From the NCBI GenBank assembly GCA_035606275.1, contig DATNFS010000135.1, positions 793-64,792 on the forward strand: DNA of 64,000 bases, read 5' to 3'. Below the pieces are notes generated by a model. That model was not told the origin of the DNA and ran no database searches. It was given only the letters and a program-made list of their open reading frames with translations. This document shows, in pieces, positions 43,540 through 52,557 of the stretch. Numbering within the stretch: the stretch's first letter is position 1; every line of letters starts with the position of its first letter. Made by a program: the position numbers and the translations under genes. Source of the DNA: Rudaea sp. (GTDB taxonomy: Bacteria > Pseudomonadota > Gammaproteobacteria > Xanthomonadales > Rhodanobacteraceae).

Positions 43540-44427
43540 ATGCACTATCTGATCACGGGCGGCAGCGGATTCATCGGCAGCGCCTTGTGCCGCAGCCTCG
43601 CGGCGGACGGGCACCGCATCACCGTGCTCACGCGCGACATCGCGCGTGCAAAGCGGCGCGTGCCCGAGGGCGTGCTGCCGATCGACCGGCTCGACTTCGC
43701 CCGGGATGTCGACGCGATCGTCAATCTTGCCGGCGAAAATCTTGCGGGCGGACGCTGGAGCGCCGCGCGCAAGCGCGAGTTTCTTGCCTCGCGCATCGGC
43801 ACCACGAAGCGCCTGCTCGACTGGATCGGGCGGCAGGAACGTGCTCCGGCGGTGCTCGTGTCGGGATCGGCCGTCGGCTGGTACGGTCCGCGTGGCGACG
43901 AGGAACTCGACGAGAACGCCCGCATCGGCTCGGACTTTTCCGCGCACCTGTGCCGCGACTGGGAGGCAGAAGCACGCAAGGCCGAGGCGCTCGGCGTGCG
44001 CGTATGCCTGTTGCGCACTGGCATCGTGCTCGACCGCGATGGCGGCGCGCTGAAGCAGATGTTGTTGCCGTTCCGGTGCGGACTCGGCGGCCCGATGGGC
44101 CACGGCCGGCAATGGATGAGCTGGATCGCGCGCAGCGATCTCGTCGCGCTGATCCGCTGGCTGGTCGACAACGCCGCTGCCAGCGGCGCCTGGAACGCGA
44201 CCGCGCCGACGCCGGTCACGAACGGGGAATTCTCCGCGACGCTGGCGCGCGCGTTGCACCGCCCGTGCGTGCTGCGCACGCCGGCATTCGCCTTGAAGTT
44301 GCTGTTCGGCGAGATGGCGGACCTGCTGCTGACCGGCCAGCGCATCATCCCGGCGCGCGCGAGCGCTGCCGGATTCGCGTTCAATCATCCTCAGCTGGCA
44401 CCCGCCCTGGATGCAATCCTTGCGTGA
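43540..44427 (+). CDS. TIGR01777/YfcH-family epimerase
   Basis: ITGGSGFIG, VNLAGE, SAVGWYG, GRQWMSWI. Confidence 0.9.
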   Translation: MHYLITGGSGFIGSALCRSLAADGHRITVLTRDIARAKRRVPEGVLPIDRLDFARDVDAIVNLAGENLAGGRWSAARKREFLASRIGTTKRLLDWIGRQERAPAVLVSGSAVGWYGPRGDEELDENARIGSDFSAHLCRDWEAEARKAEALGVRVCLLRTGIVLDRDGGALKQMLLPFRCGLGGPMGHGRQWMSWIARSDLVALIRWLVDNAAASGAWNATAPTPVTNGEFSATLARALHRPCVLRTPAFALKLLFGEMADLLLTGQRIIPARASAAGFAFNHPQLAPALDAILA

Positions 44428-44514
44428 GGCGCTCGCAGGCGGGAATCCCGGTCGACGCGACGGCTGCAACGCGGCGCCGCGTTCCAAGCGTCGCGTTCAA
44501 AGTGTGGCGGGTCA

Positions 44515-45123
44515 CTAATCGCCGGGCACTTCCTGCTGCCATCCCGAGGGACAATCCGTGACGTTCGGATAGTAGTCCTGGTAGTCGTCGCACCAGTACC
44601 AATATCCCGGCTCCATTCCGGGCGGCGTGTCCGGGTCCGGCTCGGGATATGACGGCGCCGGGTACCAGTACCACTCCGGCCCGACGATCCACCACCATCC
44701 GCCGCGGCCGCCGACGTTGCCGTGCCACCAATGCCCGCCATGCCAGCGATGGTGGTCCTGGTGCATGTCGCCGTTCCAGCGGCGATGGTCATGATGATCG
44801 CCGCCGTCGCCTGCGCCGTGCGGATGCTCATGTTGCGGATTGCCGCGATGCCAGCGATCGATCGGCGTTCCGGTGGGAGCCTGCGGAGGATGTGCGCCGT
44901 CATGCCAAACCGGCGGCACGTGCGGCGGCGGCGCGCGACCCGGCGCGGTGATCGTGTGGGCAGTCGAGGGCGGCGCGACATGCACCGGCGGTGGTGCGGC
45001 CTGCGACGGCGGTGCCGGTGCCGCGTGCTCGGCCGGCTCGGCGTGATCAGGCGAGTGCTGGGTATCGTGCGCCGACGCCGATGCCGCAAGGACAAGAACG
45101 AAGATCGCGTGAAACCGCTCCAT
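44515..45123 (-). CDS. Exported His/Trp/Gly/Pro-rich hypothetical protein
   Basis: Signal peptide, WHGGHWWHG, C-terminal WYWC..YYPNVTDCPSGW. Confidence 0.7.
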   Translation of the reverse strand: MERFHAIFVLVLAASASAHDTQHSPDHAEPAEHAAPAPPSQAAPPPVHVAPPSTAHTITAPGRAPPPHVPPVWHDGAHPPQAPTGTPIDRWHRGNPQHEHPHGAGDGGDHHDHRRWNGDMHQDHHRWHGGHWWHGNVGGRGGWWWIVGPEWYWYPAPSYPEPDPDTPPGMEPGYWYWCDDYQDYYPNVTDCPSGWQQEVPGD

Positions 45124-45354
45124 GCGACACCTCCAACGGGCGCCCTCACTCTACCAACTGCGACCGGAGCGCTCGTCGAACGTGCGGTAATGTTTCGTCA
45201 AGATTCGAAAAAAAACACGCGGTGCAACCAGTGCGCCGGCCGTGACGCTCCGGCACCGTTGGCGTGCATCACGAACTTTGTCTCGTGGCGCCGACGGCAG
45301 GCGCCGTCGGCCGGATCGCTGCGTTGTATCAATTTGCCACGTGTGCTGCCGCGT

Positions 45355-45915
45355 TCACGCCGGCCACAGCCAGCAGAATGCCAGGCCGGTGACGATGGCG
45401 TAGATCAGTCCATCGACCAGATGCTTGATCGTGCTGACCCAGGGATGACCCCACCAGATCGCGTTCGGCAGGCTGCCCATGCCATAGCCCAGGAACGCCG
45501 CAAGCGCGATGACGTGGAACACGTGCCGGTGGTCGGCGCCGGGCGCCATCACATGGACCGCGAGCAGCGCACACAGAAACGAAACGACCAGGCAGAACAC
45601 GAACCACTGGCCCAGGAACGAACCCATGTTCATCAGGCCGGGTTGGCGTAGAAAGACCACGCCGATCGGCCCGAGCTTGAACTTTTCCTGCATCGCCGGA
45701 TCTTTCATCGCCTCGGGCTTGCAAAACGGAATCATGTACATGCCGGCGCCGGCACTGCCCTTGCGGATCGCGGCGCCCACTTCGTCTTCGTTGGAAAAGC
45801 CCCTGCCGTCCTGGCCGTGCCAGAACCTGAGCACCATGTGCAGCAGACTGCTGGCGATGAACACGCCCACGGCAGACAGAACGATCGGCAGCCAAAGCTG
45901 AGCAAGAAAGCCCAT
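45355..45915 (-). CDS. Hypothetical membrane protein (about 4 TM)
   Basis: GGGGAG RBS, hydrophobic segments, no recognised motif. Confidence 0.7.
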   Translation of the reverse strand: MGFLAQLWLPIVLSAVGVFIASSLLHMVLRFWHGQDGRGFSNEDEVGAAIRKGSAGAGMYMIPFCKPEAMKDPAMQEKFKLGPIGVVFLRQPGLMNMGSFLGQWFVFCLVVSFLCALLAVHVMAPGADHRHVFHVIALAAFLGYGMGSLPNAIWWGHPWVSTIKHLVDGLIYAIVTGLAFCWLWPA

Positions 45916-46096
45916 ACCGTTTCTCCCCTCGAGTCAGGTTGATGGTCGTGAAGCAGGCCGGAGTCTACGCCCGTACCCCGGCTTGCGAAACACGGCGGCG
46001 CGGGCGGCTTTACAATACTTGCCTTTCCGGCCATTCCGGCAACCCGTACCGTCGTGCGCGGGGTGCAACACAGGCCGCGCACAGGAAGTCGTCCGG

Positions 46097-46753
46097 ATGC
46101 CCGCAGACCATCGTGCCCATGCACGCCGCAATATCAGGATCGCAGCCGGCATCGTCCTGCTGCTCACGGCAGCTGATGGCGCAGGGCAGACCGTGCTGCC
46201 CGGTGTCGACGTGCGCGCGCCGAAGCGGGAAACGCGCCATGGCGGATACCTGATATCGGGCAACTTCGAAGTCGATCCGAAGATGTCCGCCGTGATCTAC
46301 CCGGCCGAGGCGTTGCAGAAGGACGATATCGTCAGCGTCCAGCTCATGCAGATGAAAGACGACGAATACTTCGTCCTGCAGGAATGCATTTCGGCCGACT
46401 GCACCCGGGCCAGCATCCTGCGCGTCTGGAATGCCTACGGCGCACTCGGCGTCACCGCGCACAAGGACGATCGCGTCTGGATTCCGCACGACGGCAAGTT
46501 CTTCATGTGGATGCAGCGCTTTCCGATGAGCGGCTTTCGCAGCGGACCGTTCACCGGTTATGAGCCGGTCAGCGCGCCGCTCGTGCTCAATCCGACCGGC
46601 ACAGCCGAGCAGTTCCGCGCCTGCGACGTGAAGGCGGCGCAGCAACGCGGCCCGGTCAAGGTGGTGTCATCGGCGCACGACGGTTCGAGTTTCGTGCTGC
46701 GTTTCGAGGGCGGTACGTCGGTGCTGATCCAGCGCATGCACGCCGCCGAGTGA
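46097..46753 (+). CDS. Exported hypothetical protein
   Basis: Signal-like N-terminus, CISADC, protein-like composition. Confidence 0.65.
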   Translation: MPADHRAHARRNIRIAAGIVLLLTAADGAGQTVLPGVDVRAPKRETRHGGYLISGNFEVDPKMSAVIYPAEALQKDDIVSVQLMQMKDDEYFVLQECISADCTRASILRVWNAYGALGVTAHKDDRVWIPHDGKFFMWMQRFPMSGFRSGPFTGYEPVSAPLVLNPTGTAEQFRACDVKAAQQRGPVKVVSSAHDGSSFVLRFEGGTSVLIQRMHAAE

Positions 46754-46843
46754 CGGCGGTGCCCCACGCCAACGCGACGTACGCGCCCGTCGACGATCGG
46801 CGTCGGGCGAATACGTCGCACTGCCTTGCATGTCACGCGTATT

Positions 46844-47287
46844 TCAGGCCGCGGCGACCCGCCGGCTCTCGCGGTGCGGTTCGGCGACGCCCTTGAGCAG
46901 CTTGCTGGCCGCCTTGGCCTCGCCGCAGTTCGCGACATTGCTCAGCGCCACGATCCCGACGAGCCGCTTGTCGTGGTTGAGCACGGCAAGGCGGCGCACG
47001 CCCAGGTGGGCCATGTTCTCGGCGACGCCGACGACGTCGTCATCCTCGTAGCAGTACTGGATGCGGCCGGTCATCACGTCGCGGACCGGCGTCTTCGGAT
47101 CCAGGCCCTTGGCCACGGCACGCAGCACGATATCGCGATCGGTGATCATGCCGACCAGCCGGTCGTTTTCGCCGACCGGCAGGCTGCCGACATCGGCTTT
47201 CGCCATCGCTCCGGCGACTTCGCGAATGGTCTGGTCCGGGCTGGCCAGATATACGTCGCGCGTCATTACGTCGCTTACGGTTTTCAT
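46844..47287 (-). CDS. CBS-domain protein
   Basis: VSDVMT, LVGMITDRDI, LVGIVAL; GGAGG RBS. Confidence 0.9.
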   Translation of the reverse strand: MKTVSDVMTRDVYLASPDQTIREVAGAMAKADVGSLPVGENDRLVGMITDRDIVLRAVAKGLDPKTPVRDVMTGRIQYCYEDDDVVGVAENMAHLGVRRLAVLNHDKRLVGIVALSNVANCGEAKAASKLLKGVAEPHRESRRVAAA

Positions 47288-47622
47288 CGGGTGTTCCTCC
47301 GCTTTGCAATCAGGAATGTCCTCGTGCGAGGACAGTGCGAGCGTAGGGCGCCACGTGATACCTGCGCGGAATGATCCCGTGAAAATCGCGTTCGAGTCAG
47401 CGGCTGCCGGAATTGGAACGCATGTTGCTTCGCGCAGCCCGCGTGTGTTCATCTTGACGAGGACGGCCATGCGAGAACGAGCGCTTTGGCCGGTGGCGGG
47501 CGCATGATCCAGCACGCAGGACGTACAAGGGGTGATTCGAGGCCGTGACGCTCGTCCCGGAATGAGCTCCATCCCTGTCAAGGTGCAGGCAGCGGATCGC
47601 GGGGGAAGAAGGGGCGAAGAGA

Positions 47623-47709
47623 GTAGGGCGGGCACAGCCGCGCAGCGGCGGATCCCGCCAATACGCGAAGAGTTGCAGAATGCGGGAGCCGCGCCGCGGT
47701 GTGCCCGCC
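47623..47709. repeat. GTAG-type REP/REPIN-like long hairpin
   Basis: GTAG-GGCGGGCACA ... TGTGCCCGCC arms with inner TCCCGC/GCGGGA pairing. Confidence 0.5.
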
Positions 47710-47730
47710 GACTGCGGCCTGCCCCAGCGT

Positions 47731-49788
47731 TTACTCCTCCTCGACCCTCGGCTTGTAGGCGTCGGTCAGCTGCTTCTGCACCTGCGCCGGCACCGGGTCG
47801 TAGTGGCTGAACTCGATCGCGTAGCGGCCCTTGCCGCCGGTCATGGCCTTCAGTTCGGTCTGGTAGTCGGTGACTTCGGCGAGCGGCACCTGCGCCTTGA
47901 CGACAAGCTCGCCGCCGTTGAGCGAATCGGTGCCATTGATGCGTGCGCGCTTGCTCGCCAGGCCGCCGGTCACGTCGCCCATGTGCGAGTCGGGCACGAA
48001 CACCTCGAGGTTGACGATCGGCTCGAGGATCTGCGGACGCGCCTTCGCGATCGCATCGAGGAACGCCTTCTTGCCGGCGCTGACGAAGGCGACTTCCTTC
48101 GAGTCGACCGGATGGTACTTGCCGTCGTATACAATTACACGAACGTCCTGCAGCTGGTAGCCGGCCACCGCGCCATGGTCGAGCACCTGGCGCACGCCTT
48201 TCTCGACCGCCGGCAGGAACTGGTTCGGAATCGTGCCGCCCTTGACCTCGTCGACGAACTCGAAGCCGGCGCCGCGCTGCAGCGGTTCGATGCGCAGGAA
48301 CACTTCGCCGAACTGGCCGGCACCGCCGGTCTGCTTCTTGTGGCGATGGTGGCCTTCGGCTTTGGCGCTGACCGTTTCACGATAGGCGATTCGCGGCGGC
48401 CGCGACTTGACCTCCACGCCGTAGCGCTCCTTCATGCGCTCGAGCATCAGCTTCAGGTGCAGGTCGGACAGGCCGCGCACGACTGACTCATTGAGTTCCT
48501 TGTTGTGCTCGTAGCGGAAGCACGGATCTTCCTCCGCCAGCTTGTGCAGCGATACGGCGAGTTTCTGCTCCTGTCCCTTGTGCGCCGGCTCGACCGCGAG
48601 GCCGAACATCGGCTGCGGAAAGTCGAGCGGTTTCAGGTGAATCTGGTCTTCGTCATGCGAATCGTGCAGCACCGCATCGAAGTGGATTTCCTCGATCTTG
48701 GCGATCGCCGCGATGTCGCCGGGAATCGCCTGGTCGATCTCGATGTGATCCTTGCCCCGCAGCTTGAACAGGTGGCCGACCTTAAAGGGTTTTTTGCCGT
48801 CGTCGATGAACAGCTGCGTGTCCTTTTTCACCGTGCCCTGGTAGACGCGAAACACGCTGAGCTTGCCGACGAACGGATCGTTGACGATCTTGAACACGTC
48901 GGCAATGACGTGCTTCTTCGGATCCGGATTGGCCTCGATCGGCGTTGCCGCCGCGCCGACGCCCTTGACGAACGGCGGCGGGTTGCCTTCCATCGGATTC
49001 GGCAGCAGTTTCGCCGCGAGCTGCAGGAATTCCTTCACGCCGGCGCCGGTGCGCGCCGAGACGAAGCAGATCGGCACGAGGTGGCCTTCGCGCAGGCACT
49101 GCTCGAACGCGTCATGCAGCTCCGCACCCGAAAGGCCTTCCTCGCCCTGGTCGAGATAATGGCCCATCACGGTTTCGTTGATCTCGACGACCTGGTCGAT
49201 GATGCGCTGGTGCGCCTCGGCCACCGTTGAAAAATCGGCCACGCCGTCGGGCTTGAAGAAGCAGTCGACGACCGACTTGCCGTCCTGCGCGGGCAGGTTG
49301 ATCGGCAGGCATTCCGGGCCGAACGTGTCGCGCAGCTGTTCGACCAGCGCGCGGCAGTTGCCGCCGTCGATCTTGTTGACCACGAGCACGCGCGCTAGGC
49401 CGCGCGCCTTGGCGCGCAGCATCATGCGATGCGTGGTGTATTCGATGCCGTTGTGCGCGTTGACGACGATGGCGCAGGTCTCGACCGCGGCGAGCGCGCT
49501 CAGCGTCGGACCACGAAAGTCGGCCGCGCCGGGCGTGTCGATCAGGTTGATATGACAGTCGCCCGATGCCGGAAAGGACGTATCGATCGATGCGACCACC
49601 GTGTTGAGCGACTGCTTGCGCTCCTTTTCCATCGGGTCATAGTCGGACACCGTGGTGCCGCGCTCGACGGAACCGGGAGCACCGATCACGCCCCCTGCGT
49701 GCAGCAGGGCCTCGAACAGCGTGGTCTTGCCCGCGGCGGAATGCCCGACGAGCGCGATGTTTCGGATGCCTTCGGTGGTGTAGGCCAT
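47731..49788 (-). CDS. fusA: Elongation factor G paralogue (EF-G II-like)
   Basis: GHSAAGKTT, DTPG, NKID, HKKQTGGAGQF, YHPVDS; ERKQSL in place of ERGITI; not in a str operon. Confidence 0.85.
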   Translation of the reverse strand: MAYTTEGIRNIALVGHSAAGKTTLFEALLHAGGVIGAPGSVERGTTVSDYDPMEKERKQSLNTVVASIDTSFPASGDCHINLIDTPGAADFRGPTLSALAAVETCAIVVNAHNGIEYTTHRMMLRAKARGLARVLVVNKIDGGNCRALVEQLRDTFGPECLPINLPAQDGKSVVDCFFKPDGVADFSTVAEAHQRIIDQVVEINETVMGHYLDQGEEGLSGAELHDAFEQCLREGHLVPICFVSARTGAGVKEFLQLAAKLLPNPMEGNPPPFVKGVGAAATPIEANPDPKKHVIADVFKIVNDPFVGKLSVFRVYQGTVKKDTQLFIDDGKKPFKVGHLFKLRGKDHIEIDQAIPGDIAAIAKIEEIHFDAVLHDSHDEDQIHLKPLDFPQPMFGLAVEPAHKGQEQKLAVSLHKLAEEDPCFRYEHNKELNESVVRGLSDLHLKLMLERMKERYGVEVKSRPPRIAYRETVSAKAEGHHRHKKQTGGAGQFGEVFLRIEPLQRGAGFEFVDEVKGGTIPNQFLPAVEKGVRQVLDHGAVAGYQLQDVRVIVYDGKYHPVDSKEVAFVSAGKKAFLDAIAKARPQILEPIVNLEVFVPDSHMGDVTGGLASKRARINGTDSLNGGELVVKAQVPLAEVTDYQTELKAMTGGKGRYAIEFSHYDPVPAQVQKQLTDAYKPRVEEE

Positions 49789-50094
49789 GACCGTAAGTCT
49801 CCCGTTAGGTTGCGTGGATGGGCACGGTCAAGACTCCGGCGCATACGCTGCGGATCGCGCGAAGACGGAGCGGCGGAGCCGAGCGCTCGCGCGCTGGCCT
49901 GTCAGGACTCCGGGCACCGTCCGCGCGCGAATCGCAGCGCGGCAGTATTCAGACCGCTTGGGGCCAAGCCTTCTCCTTTCCGCGCGCGCGGTCAAGTGGC
50001 AGTGCGGCAGGGCGGTCTTCGTCCGATTCGGCGAGTGCGCGGCGGCCGCGCAATTGCGAGCAATGCGACATGCGATCCGGGCAGGGCCAGCCAC

Positions 50095-50124
50095 AAAAAA
50101 GGCGGACCCGAATCGGGTCCGCCT
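50095..50124 (-). terminator. Rho-independent terminator
   Basis: GGCGGACCCGA/TCGGGTCCGCC stem followed by U6 on the minus strand. Confidence 0.85.
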
Positions 50125-50158
50125 GGTGACCTGCGGGACGGCCCGCTGCCGACAAGCG

Positions 50159-51040
50159 TCAGTGCAGGTTCCGCACCTTGTCCTGGTCCTTCTTGATTGC
50201 GGCGAGATCGTTGATCGCGGCGAACTCGACCAGCGACAGCTTGCCGTCCTTGTCCGTGTCGAACTTGGCGAACATCGGCTTTAAGATCACGCTTGCCGCA
50301 GCTTCCTGGCGATCGATGAAGCCGTCGCCGTTGGTATCGAGCACGGAGAATTTGTCGTGCGCCAGTTCGGTGCGCTGCTTGAGCTCGGCGGACAGGTCGG
50401 GCGAGGACGGTTCCGAGGAAGCCGGCGCCGCGGCAGTCGCGCCCGACGCAGCGTGCGCTGGTGCGCTCGCCGACGTTGTTGCCGCCTTTGCCTGCGCGGA
50501 TGCATCGGCCTTCGACAAGGCCTTGTCGGTCTTGTCGTTGCCGCCCTTCGAACCGGCCTCGTTCTTGCCTGACGTGGTCGACGCGATGGCTTCAGCCTTG
50601 CTCGCTGCGTCGGCCTTGCTCCGGGTCTCGCGCGCGACCTTCGATGCATCGCGCGCGGGTCTCGCCTTTTCTGCCGAAGGCGGCGGCGTGGACGCTGCAT
50701 CCTCGGTCTTTGCCGGCACGACCGGCTCGGGCACGGCCGGCTGAGCCGGCTTTGGCGCTTCCGGCTCCGCCGAAGCCCGTGCGCTCGGCGGTGGGCTGGC
50801 CGTCGGCGTGGCCTGGTCCTGCGCAGGTGCCGTTTGCGCCGATGCGGACGGCGGCGGCGGGGCAGGAGTCGTCGTCGGAGGCTGTTGCGGCGCGCTGCTC
50901 GTTGCCGGATCCGGATTCGTCGTCGTCTGCGGCGGCGCAGTCTGCTGCTCGTCCTGCGCAAGGGCCGCGCTTGCGGACAATGCCAACGCGATCAAGGCCG
51001 ACAGGATCAGGCGCTTGCGTGCGATCGATGGATTCTTCAT
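50159..51040 (-). CDS. Secreted EF-hand protein with long Pro/Ala/Lys linker
   Basis: Signal peptide; DTNGDGFIDRQE and DTDKDGKLSLVE loops; GAGGAG RBS. Confidence 0.82.
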   Translation of the reverse strand: MKNPSIARKRLILSALIALALSASAALAQDEQQTAPPQTTTNPDPATSSAPQQPPTTTPAPPPPSASAQTAPAQDQATPTASPPPSARASAEPEAPKPAQPAVPEPVVPAKTEDAASTPPPSAEKARPARDASKVARETRSKADAASKAEAIASTTSGKNEAGSKGGNDKTDKALSKADASAQAKAATTSASAPAHAASGATAAAPASSEPSSPDLSAELKQRTELAHDKFSVLDTNGDGFIDRQEAAASVILKPMFAKFDTDKDGKLSLVEFAAINDLAAIKKDQDKVRNLH

Positions 51041-51209
51041 GGCAGCTCCTCGTGTGGGAATCGCAGGACATTGCTGTCCTCTGCGGCAAGCTAGCCCCGC
51101 TTCCGGGAATCGCGACTGAACTTGCGTGCCTTGCCGGCGTGGTCGATGGCGGACATTCAGGTGGGTTGCGCACCGCTCTGGAACGCAGGCGCGGCTGGGG
51201 CGGCGAGAC

Positions 51210-51237
51210 AAAAAAAGGCGGGCACGGAGCCCGCCTT
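51210..51237 (-). terminator. Rho-independent terminator
   Basis: GGCGGGC/GCCCGCC stem followed by U7 on the minus strand. Confidence 0.8.
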
Positions 51238-51266
51238 GATTCCGCCTTGGATTACACGCGACCGGG

Positions 51267-51677
51267 TCAGTAGCCTTGTGGCTTCTTGTCGACCTTGATC
51301 GCGGCCATGTTGCTGGCGTTGTTGAACTCGGTCACCGACAGCTTGCCGTCCTTGTTCGTATCGAGCTTGCTGAACTGCGCCGACAAGGTCTTGCTCGCTT
51401 GCGCTTCCTTCCTGTCGATCGAGCCGTCATGGTCGACATCGATCGCGTCGAACTTTTCGTAGGCCGCCGAACTGATCGCCTCGGCCGTCGCCGCTGGCGT
51501 CGCTTGCGGCATGGTCGACTGTTGCGGCATCGATGCAGCGGACTGTGCCGATGTCGGCTGCTGCTGGCCCGGATCTTTCTCCGGTGCCGCTGCCAGCGCG
51601 GATCCGGCTGTCATTGCGAGCGCCGCCAGCACGGCCGGCAGCAGTCTGTCTTGCGGTTTCATGTTCATTGTCGTCAT
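51267..51677 (-). CDS. Secreted EF-hand protein
   Basis: Signal peptide; DVDHDGSIDRKE and DTNKDGKLSVTE; GAGGAG RBS. Confidence 0.85.
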   Translation of the reverse strand: MTTMNMKPQDRLLPAVLAALAMTAGSALAAAPEKDPGQQQPTSAQSAASMPQQSTMPQATPAATAEAISSAAYEKFDAIDVDHDGSIDRKEAQASKTLSAQFSKLDTNKDGKLSVTEFNNASNMAAIKVDKKPQGY

Positions 51678-51747
51678 TGTCGTCTCCTCGTTGTCGGGAT
51701 TGGCGGAAAAACCTGCGGCGGCCGAACTGGCGCTGCCGGGGATCCCG

Positions 51748-52140
51748 CTATTCCTGGTGGTTGCGATGATCGATGCGGATCGAAGCCAGGTTCCTGGCTG
51801 CCGTGAACTCCGCCAGCGACAGTTTGCCGTCGCCGCTGGCGTCCAGCGTCGCGAACTGGCCGGCGAGCACGTCGCTCGCTGCCGCTTCGGCCTGATCGAT
51901 GAAGCCGTCATGGTTGGTATCGAGCGCGTCGAACTTGGCCTGCACGCCCGCTACGGCCGTGGCCGAGTCGGACGGCTCGTCGAGCGGCGGCGGCGGCGTC
52001 ATCGGCGTCGTCTGGTTCGGCGGCGTTTCCGGGTTCGGTTGCGTTGGAGTGGGGTCCTGCGTTGCTGCGATGGCAGCACCGGCCGACAGCACCAGTGCGG
52101 ACAATCCCAACAGGGTGGCGGATGATTTGCCGGTTCTCAT
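51748..52140 (-). CDS. Secreted EF-hand protein
   Basis: Signal peptide; DTNHDGFIDQAE and DASGDGKLSLAE; CAGGAG RBS. Confidence 0.85.
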   Translation of the reverse strand: MRTGKSSATLLGLSALVLSAGAAIAATQDPTPTQPNPETPPNQTTPMTPPPPLDEPSDSATAVAGVQAKFDALDTNHDGFIDQAEAAASDVLAGQFATLDASGDGKLSLAEFTAARNLASIRIDHRNHQE

Positions 52141-52163
52141 GGATGGGCTCCTGTTGCTTGGGG

Positions 52164-52366
52164 GGAAGACCACGGCTTGGTGATATCGAGGTCTTCCTGG
52201 CATCGGAGCGACGTCGCTCCGGTGGGTCCGGTGGGCGATCCCGACCGGATCGCCGCGGCAGGCTTCGGCCTGCCGGACTTTCCGACGAAGCGCGCTGGCA
52301 ATTCGCCGAATGTCGCCACCGTACTCCCGTCATCGGCAACCCCCGCTTAAGAACCCATTAGCGGGG
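52164..52366. other. Multi-hairpin non-coding segment (candidate structured RNA)
   Basis: Five to six consecutive stems, including GGCAGGC-TTCG-GCCTGCC and CGGAGCGACGTCGCTCCG. Confidence 0.4.
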
Positions 52367-52557
52367 CGTTCGATTGGTTAACGGCGCGTAACGCCGGCGT
52401 GATGCATTGCGCATAAGTATATTTATATATTTATGCGGAAACGCATGCTGAACCGCAGCCTGAATGGCGGCCGGATTCAGAACGAATTCATTGCCGCGCG
52501 CATAGGGTGAATTTTCCGCAGAAAGAGGGCGTGGTCCGCCCGCCGGAGGTTGCACAC

